Position numbers and translations under genes: made by a program
In this document: one piece after another, positions 11,700-25,249 of the stretch
Numbering within the stretch: position 1 is the stretch's first letter
Layout of the letters: every line of letters begins with the position of its first letter
Assembly (NCBI RefSeq): GCF_009834535.1
Contig: NC_045696.1
Span: 75,270,001-75,334,000 of the forward strand
DNA length: 64,000 bases
From: Camelus ferus
Taxonomy: Eukaryota
Reading direction: 5' to 3'
Notes under the pieces: model-generated
Databases searched by the model: none
What the model saw: only the letters and a program-made list of their open reading frames with translations
Told to the model about the DNA's origin: nothing

Positions 11700-14600
11700 T
11701 GGTATTTTTCTTTCTCTTTCTGGTTTACTTCACTTAGAATGACATTCTCCAGGTCCATCCATGTTTCTGTAAATGGCATTATGTCATCATTTTTATGGCT
11801 GAATAGTATTCCATTGTATAAATATACCACTTCTTTATCCAGTCATCTGTCGATGGACATTTAGGCTGTTTCCATGTCTTGGCTATTGTAAATAGTGCTG
11901 TTATGAACTGGGGCACAGGTGTCTTTTTGAAGTAGGGTTCCTTTTGGATATATGCCCAGGAGCAGGATTCCTGGGTCATATGGTAAGTCTATTCCTAGTC
12001 TTTTGAGGAATCTCCATACTGTTTTCCACAGTGGCTGCACCAAACTGCATTCCCACCAGCAGTGTAGGAGGGTTCCCTTTTCTCCACAGCCTCCCCAGCA
12101 TTTATCATTTGTGGACTTCTGGATGATGGCCATTCTGGCTGGTATGAGGTGATACCTCATTGTACTTTTGATTTACATTTCTCTGATAATTAGTGATATT
12201 GAGCATTTTTTCATGTGCATATTGATCATTCATATGTCTTCCTTGGAGAACTGCTTGTTTAGGTCTTCTGCCCATTTTTGGATTGGGTTGTTTGGTTATT
12301 TCTTATCAATTCATATGAGCTGCTTATATATTCTGGAGATCAAGCCTTTGTTGGTTTCATCGTTTGCAAAAATTTTCTCCCATTTTGTAGGTTATCGTTT
12401 TGTTTTACTTATGGTTTCCTTTGCTGTGCAGAAGCTTGTAAGTTTAATTAGGTCCTATTTGTTTATTCTTGCTTTTATTTCTGTTGCTTGGGTAGACTGC
12501 ACTAGGAGAACATTTTTGAAATATATACGAGATAATGTTTTGCCTGTGTTTTCTTCTAGGAGGTTTATTGTATCTTGTCTTATGTTTAAGTCTTTGATCC
12601 ATTTTGAGTTTATTTTTGTGGATGGTGTAAAGGAGTGTTCTAGCTTCATTGTTTTACATGCTGCTGTCCAGTTTTCCCAACACCATTTGCTGAAGAGACT
12701 GCCTTTATTCCATTGTATATTCTTGCCTCCTTTGTCAAAGATTAATTGACCAAAAGTTTGTGGGTTCATTTCTGGGCTCTCTGTTCTGTTCTGTTGGTCC
12801 GCATTTCTGTTTTTGTACCAATACCATGCTGTCTTGATTACTGTAGCTCTGTAGTATTGTCTGAAGTCTGGGAGGGTTATTCCTCCAGCATCTTTCTTTT
12901 TCTTCAGTAATGCTTTGGCAATTCTGGGTCTTTTGTGATTCCATATAAATTTTATTATGATTTGTTCTAGTTCTGTGAAATATGTCCTGGGTAATTTGAT
13001 AGGGATTGCATTAAATCTGTAGATTGCCTTGGGCGGTGTGACCATTTTAACAATATTGATTCTTCCAATCCAAGAGCATGGAATATCTTTCCATTTTTTA
13101 AAGTCTTCTTGAATTTCCTTCATCAATGGTTTATAGTTTTCTGTGTATAATTCTTTCACCTCCTTGGTTAGATTTATTCCCAGATATTTTATTACTTTGG
13201 GTGCTATTTTAAAAGAGATTGTTTCTTTACTTTCTTTCCCTGTTGATTCATCATTAGTGTAAAGAAATGCAACTGATTTTTGTACGTTAACCTTGTAACC
13301 TGCTACCTTGCTGAATTCTTTTATTAGTTCTAGTAGTTTTTGTGTGGAACTTTTAGGATTTTCTGTATATAGTATCATGTCATCTGCATATAGTGACAAT
13401 TTTACCTCTTCTTTTCCAGTTTGGATCCCTTTTATTTTTCTCTCTTGCCTGATAGCTGTGGCTAGGGCTTCTAAGACTATGTTGAATAGGAGTGGTTAGA
13501 GAGGACAACCTTGTCCCAGATTTTAGTGGGAAGGTTTTGAGTTTTCACTGTTGAGTACTATGCTGGCTGTAGGTTTGTCATATATGGCTTTATTATGTTG
13601 AGATAGGTTCCCTCTATACTCACTTTGGTGAGAGTTTTTATCATAATTGGGTGTTGAATTTTATCAAATACTTTTTCTGCATCTATTGAGATGATCATGT
13701 GGTTTTTGTCCTTTCTCTTGTTGATGTGATATGTTGCATTGATTGATTTGTGTATGTTGAACCATCCTTGTGTCCCTGGGATGAACCCAACTTGATTGTG
13801 GTATATAATCTTTTTTCTGTGTTGTTGGATTCTGTTTGCTAATATTTTGTTGAGGATTTTTGCATCTATGTTTATCAGTGATACTGGTCTGTACTTCTCT
13901 TTTTTGGTAGTGTCTTTGCCTGGTTTTGTTATCAGGGTGATGATGGCTTCATAGAATGAGTTTGGGAGTATTCCCTCCTTTTCAATCTTCTGGAAGAGTT
14001 TGAGAAGGACTAGTGTGAGTTCTTCTTTGTATGTTTGGTAGAATTCCCCAGTAAAGCTGTCCAGTCCTGGACTTTTATTTGTAGGAGGTTTTTTAAATTG
14101 CTAATTCTATTTCATTTCTAGTGATCAGTTTGTTCAAGTTGTCAGTTTCTTCTTGATTCAATCTTGGTGGACTGTATGTTTTCAAGAACTTATCCATTTC
14201 TTCTAGGTTATCCATTTTGTTTCTGTATAGTTGTTCATAGTATTCTCATATGATGTTTTGTATTTCTGTGTTAATCGGTTGTAATTTCTCCATTTTCCTT
14301 TCTTATTTTGCTTATTTGTGCTCTCTCTTTTCTCTTCTTTGTGAGGTTGGCCAGAGGTTTGTCGATTTTGTTTATCCTTTTAAAATACCAGCTCTTGGTT
14401 TGATAGATTTTTTTCTATTTTTTTTAATCTCTATTTTATTTGTTTCCTCCCTGATCATTATTATTTCTTTCCTTCTGCTGACTTTTGGGGGTTTTTTTGT
14501 TTTTTTTTTTTTTTTTTGCTCTTTTTCTAATTTTTTTAGCTGGTAGGTTAGATTATTTATTTGAGATTGTTCTTCTTTTTTTGAGGAAGGCCTTCCCTCT

Positions 14601-15499
14601 TAGCAGTGTCTTTGCTGCATCCCATAGGTTTTGTGTGGTTGTGTTTTCATTGTCTTTTGTCTCAAAGTATGTTTTGATTTCTTCTTCGATTTCATCATTG
14701 ACCCATTGGTTTTTTTTTTTTTTTTTTTTTTTTTAGTAACATGTTTAATCTCCATGCTGTCATTTTTTTCCTCCTTTGTTTTTCTGTAGTTGATTTCTAG
14801 TTTCATGGCATTGTGGTCAGAAAAGATGTTTGAGATAATTTCTATCTTCTTAAAATTGTTCAGGCTTCTTTTTTACCCAAGTACATGATCAATCCTAGAA
14901 AATGTTACATGTGCACTTGAAAAGAATGTATATTCTATATTTGGAGTGTGTCATGTTCTGAAAATATCAACCAAGTCTAGTTGTTCGTTTGTATCATTTA
15001 ATTTCTCTGTTACCTTACTTATTTTCTGTCTAGAAGATCTGTCCAGTGATGTTAATGGGGTGTTAAAGTCTCTGACAATGATTGTATCCCTGTCAATTTC
15101 CCCCTTTATCTCTGTTAGTATTTGCTTGATGTCCTTAGGTGCTCCTATATTGGGTGCATATATATTAATGAGTGTAATATCCTCATCTTATATTGCTCCT
15201 TTAATCATTATAAAATGTCATTCTTTATCTTTCTTTATGGCCTTTGTTTTAAAGTCTGTTTTGTCTGAAATCAGTATTGCTACTCCTGCTTTCTTATCCT
15301 TTCTATTTGCATGGATTATCTTTTTCCATCCTCTCACTCTCAATGTGTGTGTGTCCTTCTCCCTAAAGTGGGTCTCTTGTATGCAGCATATTGAAGGTTC
15401 TTGCTTTATTATCCAGTCTGTCATTCTATGTCTTTTGATTGGAGCATTTAGTCCATTGACATTTACAGTAATTAATGATAGATGTCTGTTTATTGCTAT
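11700..15499 (-). pseudogene. L1 ORF2p (endonuclease/reverse transcriptase), fragmented
   Basis: EN fragment DWIIKQEPSICCIQETH (15218-15424), RT motif YADDMILY (12455-13399 ORF), C-terminal HCWWEC (11861-12160). Start codon is ATA; multiple stops and frameshifts. The 3' boundary is approximate. Confidence 0.95.
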
Positions 15500-15874
15500 T
15501 TTGAACTCAATTTTGCACTTGAGTTGGTATTTCCTCTTTGTTCCTTTCTTTTTTCTTTTGTGGTTTGATAATTTTCCTTTGTATTATCTTGGATTTTTTT
15601 TTTTTTTTTTTTTTTAGTTTTTGTGACTCTATTGTAAGCTTTTGGCTTGTGGTAACCATTTTTGTACATATATTAACCCATTACTATAACAATTTGTATT
15701 CAACAGAGTAATATAAGCTCAAACCTATCCTACCAAGAACAAAAATTTAAAGAAGAAGAAAAAAAAACCCCTCTATTTTCTTGCTCCTCTCTTCCACTGT
15801 TAATAATTTAGATGTCTTCTTTTGCAATTTCATATTTATTCTATTGTAATCCATGGTAGTTATCACCTTTCCAG

Positions 15875-16803
15875 TTATATTTTTCTCCTTTCTGTAGCAT
15901 CCTGCTTCTTTTCTACATAGAGTAGACCTTTCAATATTTCTTTTAGCATAGGTTTAGTGTTGCTAAACTCTTCTAGTTTTTGCTTGTCTGTGAAGTTCTT
16001 AATCTCTCCTTCTATTCTAAAGGATAATCTTGCTGGATAAAGTATCCTAGGCTGCATCTTTTTTTCATTCAGGACTTTGAATATATCTTGCCACTCCCTT
16101 CTGGCCTGTAGTGTTTGTGTAGAGAAATCAGCTGAAAGCCTTATGGGGGTTCCCTTGTAACTCACCTTTTGTTTTTCTCTTGCTGCCTTTAGGATCATTT
16201 CTTTATCGTTAACCCTGGCCATCCTGATTATAATGTCTTGGTGTGGGTCTTTGGGTTCTTTCTGTTTGAGACCTTCTGAGCTTCCTGTACTTGGATATCT
16301 GATTCCTTCTTTAGGTTTAGGGAGTTTTTAGTCATGATTTCTTCAGATACCTTTTCAATCCCCTTTGCTCTTTCTTCTCCTTCTGGGACCTCTTTTACGC
16401 ATAGATTGGCATGCTTTATATTATCCCATAGGTCCCTTACATTGTTTTCATTGGTTTTTATTTGTTTTTCTCTCAGCTGTTCTGATTGGGTGATTTCTGT
16501 TGTCCTGTCTTCTAAGTCACTTATTCGTTCCTTTGCATTATCTAGCCTACTTATTACAGCCTTTAGGTCATCTCTCATCTCAGTAAATGAGTTGTCCAGT
16601 TTTAATTGGATCCTCTTATTAGCTTCAATTTTCTTTTTGACATATTCTGTGTCTCCAAACACAATCTCTTTTAGTTCCTTCAGTACTTTGATCACTCCTT
16701 TTTTGAAATAATGATTTAGTAGGCTATCAATGTCTATTTCATTGATCTTTCTTTCAGGGGATTTCTCTTGTTCTTTTACTTGGGAGTGATTCCTTGGCTT
16801 CAT
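15875..16803 (-). pseudogene. L1 ORF1p, frameshifted near 16225
   Basis: Coiled-coil ...RISDLEDR...LWDNIK...VPEGEE and ILKAAREK...YKGTPIRLSADFS...ARREW...YPARLSF. Confidence 0.95.
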
Positions 16804-17529
16804 TTTGCTTATATCTCTCTGGCACTATGGCTTGTGTAGTATCAGTTATCTACTCTGTTCCTTAAGGACAGAGTTCCTTAAGGAGTTTATTTATCTGTCT
16901 AAAGTGGATGTGGAAATAAAACTAAAAAAAAAAAAAAAAAAGAAATTTAATAGAAGAAGAGAAAAAGGTTTGAAAACAGCATAATCAATAACAAAAGAAG
17001 AAATTGAAGCAAATTAAAAGTGAGTTGTGATGTATTTTAAAAACCTTAAAAGTGGGAAAAATATTTGAAAACAGTATAATCTATAATAGAAGAACAAAAC
17101 AAAGAGAAATAAAAATGAAATTGAGGAAAATTTAAAAAATAATAATAAAAATATTTTAAAAGAGAAATTTAAAAGGGATTAAAAATAGAAACAAAAAATT
17201 GCTTAAAAAGTAAAAATTTAAAGAAGTAAAAGAAAATAGAACAGAGAAGAAAAAAAAAGAAAGAAAAAAAGTGGATGTGTTCCTTTGGAGACTGTGCATT
17301 CTTAATAATTTTGTTGGGAGGTCCTTAAATATGGATGGTTGCCAAGTCTTCGCTTTGGTTAGGGGTGTGGCCATTGACCTGACAGTCAGATCCTGCCCTT
17401 GTTATTGAATTGGGCCTCCTTTTTGTTTTGTGGTTGTCGCTGCTCCTGCCCTCACCCTGCTGCATGAACTTAGCTTGCTGGTTCCAGAGGCCCTCTGTTC
17501 GCACCCCTGGTCTGTGCTGCTCCCAGTGC

Positions 17530-17830
17530 TTGTTGACAGGCAGGTTGCACCCCTTTTGATGCTGCGGGTCTGGTGCCGCACTTGTGCACACTAGCCAGGT
17601 GGGTCACGCTCCCTCCTGACGTCGCAGCCATGCTTGTGCATGGTAGATGGGCAGGTCTCACCCCTTCCCTACTCGTGGTCAGGTGCTGCACTCCTGCAAG
17701 GTAGTTGGGCAGGTTGTGCTCCCTCCTGACGTGGTGGTTAGGTGCTGCGGGTGGGTTGCATCTCCTCCCGATGCCAAAGTCCAGTGACTGGCTTGTGCAC
17801 AGTGAATGTGCAGGTCCCTTCCCTGCTCTG
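17530..17830. repeat. Degenerate ~45-60 bp tandem units in the L1 5'UTR
   Basis: Recurring 'gggcaggt..ctccctcctgacgt..ggtcaggtgctgcac/ttgtgca' units, about 5-6 copies. Confidence 0.6.
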
Positions 17831-18757
17831 TGCAGCTCCTGCTCTGCCTCAGGTTCATGCTCTATAGGCGGGCTCAGGGAAAATGGCAGAACAGCACTCG
17901 CCCCTTCTCTGTGACAGGACTCTGCTCCTTGTTCGTTTGTCTTAGAGGTGCGAGTTCACAGAGGCTCCAGGGCAGAGCCATTCTCTCTGCCATGGGCTGT
18001 ACACAAGTATCAGTCCCGTCTATGAGGCTGCTAAGCCCCTAGGTACGGATTCATGTCCCTAACCCACCCCCACCTGGGTGCTAAGCACTGGAGAATATGG
18101 TGGCTGTGGCTGAGCCTGCCTCTCTTCTCCTGAGAATGTGCCTGTAATGGTTTCACAGGTTTTCAGAGACAAAGGCTATGGCACCCCTCCCCCTAGGGCA
18201 CACCAGCCATATTGCTTCTTTTTGTTTTTTTCGTATTTTATGGGGGACCCAGGTTGTTCTGCTCTGTATACCCTTCAAGCCATGGCACACAGCACACTGC
18301 AGTCCCCTGGGATTGTCTCTGTGCAGCCTGCTCCAGTCATCTGCTCGGCTTGGGCAGCCTGTCCTGTCTCCTACTTGCTGCTTTGCTCTAGGGCTGGGGG
18401 TTGCGGGGACCCTTTGTGCCCATTTAACTTAGTTCTGTTCGTCAACGGCTGCTCCGTACAGATCTGGCCTCGGAGATTTCCCCTCCGTCCCGCTGACCTC
18501 TCCGTTGGAGAGGGGAAGATTCAGCGATCGAGCGTTATTCTTCCTTTGCTGCTCCCTCCCTGCGGGATGTGTCCTGCACTGTTTGTTTTTCTTCTTTCTT
18601 TTTTCCTTTTCTCCTACCAGATTCGTGGTGTATTTTGTCTTTTGAAGAAGGCGATGTTCTGTCAGAGTTCAGTAGGTGCTCTTATTGGCTGGGTGGGTCC
18701 GTGGATGTCAGTCTTGGTGTATCTGTGGGAGAGGGTGAGCTAGGAGCATCCTTCTAC

Positions 18758-18772
18758 TCCGCCATCTTGGCC
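18758..18772 (-). promoter_or_regulatory. YY1-type site at L1 5' end
   Basis: Minus strand GGCCAAGATGGCGGA a few nt inside the 5' TSD, as in L1 internal promoters. Confidence 0.75.
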
Positions 18773-19329
18773 ACTCTTTTATAGTCACTTTTGAATAAAG
18801 TGATGTATTCAAGCTAGGCAGAATTAGGCCTCCATATACACAGAAAAATATTTCAGCAGAAACAATGGATGGTTCACTGGTCTTGGAGTCAAAAATCCCA
18901 GACTGGAGTCTTACCTCTAGTGACAATTAACAGACTAACATCAGTCACCAGACTTTTAAAAACCTCTATTACTGTATCCATAGAATGGGTACTTTAGAAA
19001 TGTCATTCATATTGTCTGCCATGCCCACAGCCACTTCTATCTGGTCCTGTTTTAAACCAAGTAACCTCATTTCCTATAGTCTTAGCAAACTGGACCAGGG
19101 TAGACACTGACATAAGGTGGTTTAGCAAACTTTGAGGGGATTTGTCATGAAAAGATGAGCTGAGATTTGAAATAAGAAACAGAGAGTAGAGTCTTGAAGT
19201 AGAATCAGGGCCAAGAAAGATCATGGTAAGTGGAAGTTAGGAGCCCTTCAATCAAGCAATGCTGAGATTGAGAAAAAAAACTTAATAGATTCAAAGACTA
19301 TAAAGCCAACTATTATGTTTGCACAGACA

Positions 19330-19790
19330 TTAAGACCCCAGGCTTTGTAGTGAAATAGATGTGGATTCTTGTCAGCTGTGTGATCTTCAGCAAGTTATTT
19401 AACTTCTCTAACGCTCTAGTTTCTTGTCTGTAAAATGAAGATAGTAATAGTGCTTTCATCATAGGGTTGTTGTGAGAATTATATAAATTAATACAAGGAA
19501 AACTCTTAACACAGTGCTTGGCAGTTTACTAAATCCTATGTCGGTATTCATTGTCACAACTTTTATTGCCTAAGAAGCACCGTAACAAGTGCTTTATATG
19601 ATGTATGTCAGTGAGCCCTTCAACAACTTTATGAGGTAGGTTCTGTTAGTATTTCCACTTTACAGATGAGGAAATTAAGGCACAGAGAGGTTAATTAATA
19701 TCTTTACTGTCACACAGCTAGTAAGTAGTAGAGCTGGCATTTAAATCTGGGCTTTTGGGCTCCAGAGTCTGCTTGTTGACCACTACCTTC
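19330..19790. mobile_element. Two adjacent MIR SINEs in opposite orientation
   Basis: 'caagttatttaacttctct...tctgtaaaatgaagatagtaatag' and 'ccactttacagatgaggaaattaaggcacagagaggttaa'. Confidence 0.8.
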
Positions 19791-22700
19791 TACTGCCTCT
19801 CCATAATTGATATGTCCCAATAAGAGGAGAGCAGAGAAACAGAGAGTATCTGAGCCCTAGAGGTGGCTGGCAACTGGTGTGAAAGAAGAGCAAAATAAGC
19901 CTGTGGAGATTTATGGCTGTCCTAGGTCCAATTACAGGTCCTAGGAGCCTGACTGTATCTGTTACTGTGCTTGGGATCCCACAGAATCCTTGTGTGTCCT
20001 TCCGGAATGTAGCCCTTTTCATAAGGGGGCTCCAGTGAGGCTCTGTTCCAAGTATAACAACAAAAAAAGAGTACTTGATGAGACAGAGCCAATTGGTATC
20101 AACCCTTGCTCTGTCTTCTCTAGGCTGTGTGAAAGGTTTTTGTTCCATGAAAATTGAGATCAGTTTGTTTTGGTGACCCCCAGTCACCTAATATTTAGCA
20201 TAGCACATAGTAAGGGCTCCTGAAATACTTACTGAATGAATGAGTGAAAAACTGAAACACTGAAGAAATGCAAAATATCATTACTTTCTTCTAATGATTG
20301 ATATCACAATTCTCTTTCAAAGACTAATTCTTCATATACCAGTCTATATAGTTACAGAAAAGGACCTTCCACCAGAAAACCAAAAATATGTATTATAGTC
20401 ACAGAACTAAGTGGTTCATTTGAAGGCCTAAGAGAGCAAAAAGACATTCAGGTTATTATTCTGTATTTATCATGTCAACAATTTATCAGGCACAATGCCT
20501 AACTATAAAAGACCCATTATAGCTTCATTGAATGTGAAATACTGTGTTATTAACTTGCTATATTAAGTGTGTTTCATTGTAATGACAGTAATTTCAAAGA
20601 GATCAGTCTCTTTCCATCTCTGCTGATAGTTAAGATTTAACTTCTGTCACTACATCAAATCGTATTCTAGTGAGAGCTGACCTTCTTGAGGGTCACAAAC
20701 TAAAATCGGTTAATGATATCATTTCACAAATCTCCAGAAATAGATGTTTTACATTCTGACTAATGTTGCATTCTCCTCAAGCAATGCCCTTCTTTTTCTT
20801 GCTGAAAATCCACAGCAAGACCAGCGGTCGTTGAATGTGAAAACTTCTCCGGCTTCCCCTTGATCCTTCGACATGAGATGCTTAAAATTTAATGCTGAAG
20901 CTTATAGCATCATGAGCTCCAGAGATAGAACTAAATGAAAAGTCAACCTTTCGGGCTGTATCGCTGGGCAGGCTTTTGTGTTTTGTGTTTGTTTCTCCCT
21001 CCCCACCCCTGGGGTGACTGAAACAGTTTGCTATCAGAATGCTCTCCTGTCAGAGGAACTTGGTGATTGACGTGATGCAGGGATTGGAAAATGTCACTAT
21101 TAAGGAATTACAGTAACCAGAGCTCTTTCCGACCAAGTCCAGTTGTGCCTGCAGAATTTTGTCAACATAGCAGGATCCTGAGGATTCACTGTCACTTGTA
21201 GTAGCACTTGAGAGCCTATGTTTGCTTTTTCTCGGGGAAGATTCAGAAGATGAGAAAGCTCGACTGCTCTGAGAATTTCTGAGCCTCCTTAACCTTGGAG
21301 GATGGAGCCATAAAGAGGAGATTGAGAGAGAGTGTTGGGCTGGAGGTGAGGGGTTGATATAATCTGATATCCGATGTGGCTGTGACGGGTTACCATTATA
21401 ATTTATTTTTTAAATCTTTATAAAAACTTAGAAATATAAAGTTGTGTGTATAACTTCTAGAGTTGATTTATTATTCTAATAAACTTAGATACTGTAACTT
21501 CTCAATCGGGGCTAGAACTTTGGGAAAGGACATGTGCTGAAAGGGAGAACACTGTGCCTGATATGGCCACAGGCCCTGAGACCCTCTTTCTGCACATCCT
21601 GCTGCACTGCTATCATTTCTTAAGTCTTTTCTTCCCTTTGCTTTCCCTCTAGGTGTCCTACTCATTTTGCAGACCACGCTTGGTCCTAGTAGTCCCTCAA
21701 CGTGCTGTTTCTTGTAACAGCCCCAGATTCCAAAAATCATGCTGTTTACTCTGCCCTGAATTCCACACAGGCCTGTGAGACACACCTGGACAAAGCCCAG
21801 TGCCTTCCTTCCAACCAGCCACCCCTCTCTGTCCGGTCAGGGGTTTAACACTTCTTGGCCAGCGTATCCCAGAGCACAGTGATGGGAAATGGTGCCCCAC
21901 AGCCATATTGAAAAAATATTGCAAGGTGTATGAGGGCATCAATTCAAAACTTTCAGGGATTCCCTCATCCCCAGCCATATGCTTACTACTGCAGGTATAT
22001 TTGTCCTCCTGGGTCACTTGGGGAATGTTTTTGACAGTCTCCATTATACCCCTGTTTGTTCCATTGACAAGGGCTCTGCATTGACTGCCTTGTTGCTGTG
22101 CAGGGAGGCAGAGAGAATGAGCCTCAGTTTTCAACCGAGATGTTAATTACGCTGGTGACCGACCTGTCTTAATGGGGCTTTATTGGCATCTTTGCCCCAA
22201 TCTCAGAAAATCTAAACAAAACGTCTATTTAAAATTTTGCTTTCATTTTCACCTTGACCGAAAAATGATCATTATTCCCATGGGTTGGGTAATGATGTGT
22301 TAGGGGCCAAATGGGAGTAAATTTTGAGGAGTATCCACTGTCTTTAGTTATTTGCTTTCCCACACTCATGACTCCACAAGCAAGGGATGAGCATCAGATT
22401 AGAGCAATCTGACTGTAGCTGAGACCTGCGTGTGCAGGTGCAGCCCCGTCTGATAACAATCCCTGCCTTGTTGGAAGAATGTGCCATTCCATTAGAGGTT
22501 TTATGAATGTGAGTAGAATTTGAATCTTCTTAAATTAATGTAACTGATTTCCCTAATCATTCACTGCAGAGTAGTTTTAGTGGCTGTGCTCCATGAAATA
22601 CATACTGACAGTGAAATTGCCTTTATAAGGTGTTCTGTGACTTTCAATGCTATTATTCCTTAGTCAAATGTATTTTTATGATGGATATTAACAGTTGGTT

Positions 22701-24139
22701 AGACTCTTTATACCTATTATCCATAAATCAGGGCATCTACAATAATTAAGAAAGATGAATTTGTTAAAACTTACGTTTATTCTTCCATATAATAATCTTA
22801 AGAACTGGACAGGTGCTTATTAATTACCGAGTAATTAAACTTCTCTCTTATTACTGGACAATTCTAAATCTAGTCTATGAGCCCTGATTAGATGCAGAGT
22901 TGGGATTCACAAGAGAGGGATTTTAATCACTTATAAGGCAAGTTCATTTACTCAGCATGCATCTACTGATGTCTGCTGTTGGCCGGACCCCTCGCTAGGC
23001 TGTGGGGAGGGGGCAACCAACACGAGGAGGATATAGTCTAGCTCTTAAAGGGATTACAGTCTCATAGGTAATGAAGGGGGTGCACTCTTCATCTGAAATC
23101 CACAATGGGAAGCTCAGAGAGTATCAGCCTCCTCCCCTTTTACCTCCAGCCCAGAGGCAAAGAGCCTTCATGGAAAAAGGCAGGGAGGGAAGCTCTGTTA
23201 GGGGCAAACCAGATTCAGTTAAGGGGAGGAAAGTAAAGAAAAAAGAATTAATGGGGAAACATTTGATGGAAGTAAGAGGCGCTTGTAGAAAGCTAATAAA
23301 ATCAATGGGAAAACAAAAACTAGGGATGTCTCCCCTTCTTTCCAAGAGAGCTGGGAGGAAGGAAACATCCACTGAGTTTTTTCTATGTTGCACACTGTGC
23401 AAATTGTTTCATACATGTTGTTCCAATTGTTTCTTGAAACAGCCCTCTAAGTAAATGTTATGTCCATTTTATAGGGGAGGGACTGAGGTCAGGAATATTA
23501 AATATCTACCAAAATTCACATTCTAGTACACGGTGAAGGTGATGTTCAAATACAGGTGGTCTAACTTCAAATACACTTTTATTTATACATGCCAAAATTG
23601 TAACTGAAAGTTCACAAACATGTTCATTCATTCATTCAATAAATACTGAGACCTTATTATATGCTTGATCTCAAAATTATTTCTTTCACTCCTTTCTTTT
23701 GGCTTTAATGCTACTCTCTCTCCTTGTCTTCTGCTTCTTACCCTTTTAAGTTCCTCTAAACTTGTTACTTGTAAAGAATTGATGACTTTGCATCCCAGGT
23801 CTGCTGTTTGAGAAATTAAATCATTTTGTTATATTGAGCCTCAGATTTGTCTCCAGTAAAGTGGAGGAGAGTAAGAATCTCTACCCCACGATGTTGGATA
23901 GTTAAAATGAGGTAGTACTTGTGAGAGCGTCTGTTCGGCAGATGGTAGGTACTCAGCAGATGTGTGCTCGTTAATGTGTTCACCAAAGATTCTCTCTGCC
24001 GTGGCAGGTGATACAGATACTTGTCTCCTTGGAGACCAATAGTCTTACTGATGGTGATGATGGTAAATAATGATGAAGAAAATACTTAAAGACATAGGTC
24101 ATAAGTGGGCTTCCTAAATTTGTGTTTTATGTGGTACAC

Positions 24140-24510
24140 TCAGTGTTAAAAAACAAGTTGTTGCCAACATTTAAAACCAGAAAATTTTGCATAAAAACCC
24201 AACTTCCTGAATTCTCTTGGAAAGTGGAAGGACCTGTAGTAGTATGGTGTTTTTGACATTAACTAGAGCCAAGCAGCCATGCTGCCTAGCTGGGACGACC
24301 GTATGTCCTGGTTTGCCTTGGACAGCCTGGTTGATGCCTGTTTCCTTAGCATAATTAATGTAGTATCACTGTTCCTTTTGGTTTGGACAATATTTTGTCT
24401 GTTCCCCTCATCTCCAGTGTACTATAGTGTCCTTAGCCCCTTATCCAGGCTGCCTGTCACCTTTATCTTATCTGCTTGCTCCTGTAAGCATTTGAATTTG
24501 TGACCTTTTT
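24140..24510. mobile_element. hAT-Charlie-type relic (MER102/MER113-like) with nested MER81-like element (24291-24400)
   Basis: 'gccaacatttaaaaccagaaaattttgcataaaaacccaac' flanks 'gaccgtatgtcctggtttgccttggacag...ggtttggacaat'. Confidence 0.5.
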
Positions 24511-25249
24511 TTAAGGGCATCTTCTTCCTTTTGACTTTGTTTCAATAGCATACTGTTTTCCAAAAGGAGGCTTCAATTTGGAGGTCAGAAAGATTTAGCT
24601 TCTCCATCTTCAGAAGCTATATTCACCAATCTCTCTTGAATGCAAGGAAAGGGTAATGTCCTGTGAAGTGGCACCTGCCCTATGGAGAGCTTCCACCAGC
24701 TCTGGTGATTCACTGGAAAATTTGGTCAGACCAGACTGTCCAACTGAAAAATTCATTTAGCTCTGCAAGGAAACAGCTATCTGGCGTTGTCCCCAGAGGC
24801 AAATTCTTTGAAACATTTAAAGAGTGGAAATAAGACATTATTCCCATCACTACACGATAATGGACTGTTACTTTTGTGGAGCTCTTTTCCTTTGACATAG
24901 AAGCTTCTCCCTCAACGTGTCACTTGAGGTGGGCAGGAAAGTGTCTTTACCTCTAGTTTTAGAGATGAGGAAGCTGAGTGAGAGGCTAAGTGACACACGG
25001 CCTATAGGTTATGGAAGTGTGTCTGGCCTTCAGTTCTTCTGAATCCTCCAGTTCTGCACCTCCCCAACATGCAGGCCCTCACACATTTTTCTGTTATCTA
25101 AGGACATTTTCCCAATCTAGAGGCCCCCGTCACACATAGATCACCCATATTATGACTTTTTCCTAACTACATATCAATCGATCACTGGAAATTGTATATT
25201 TTTATAAAAATGTGTGACCTTGCCATGAACTTCCATCACCTTCTATATG

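Larger units (their letters stand above)
11305..18779 (-). mobile_element. Full-length, inactivated young LINE-1 (about 7.5 kb)
   Basis: 13-bp TSD TATAGTCACTTTT at 11292-11304 and 18780-18792, with the pre-insertion site TC/AAAA fitting the L1 endonuclease motif. Contains a ~2-kb 5'UTR, ORF1 and ORF2 fragments and a 3'UTR. Confidence 0.97.

Noticed and set aside
12168..16711. Long + strand ORFs (12168-12749, 14946-15617, 16334-16711) as genes
   Set aside because: They are antisense shadows of L1 ORF1/ORF2.
18138..18743. 201-aa + strand ORF as a novel gene or ORF0 equivalent
   Set aside because: It lies wholly in the GC-rich L1 5'UTR, starts at GTG and has no recognisable motif. It cannot be supported without family-wide conservation.
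11305..18779. Retrotransposition-competent L1
   Set aside because: ORF1 is frameshifted; ORF2 lacks its ATG and is broken into many fragments.
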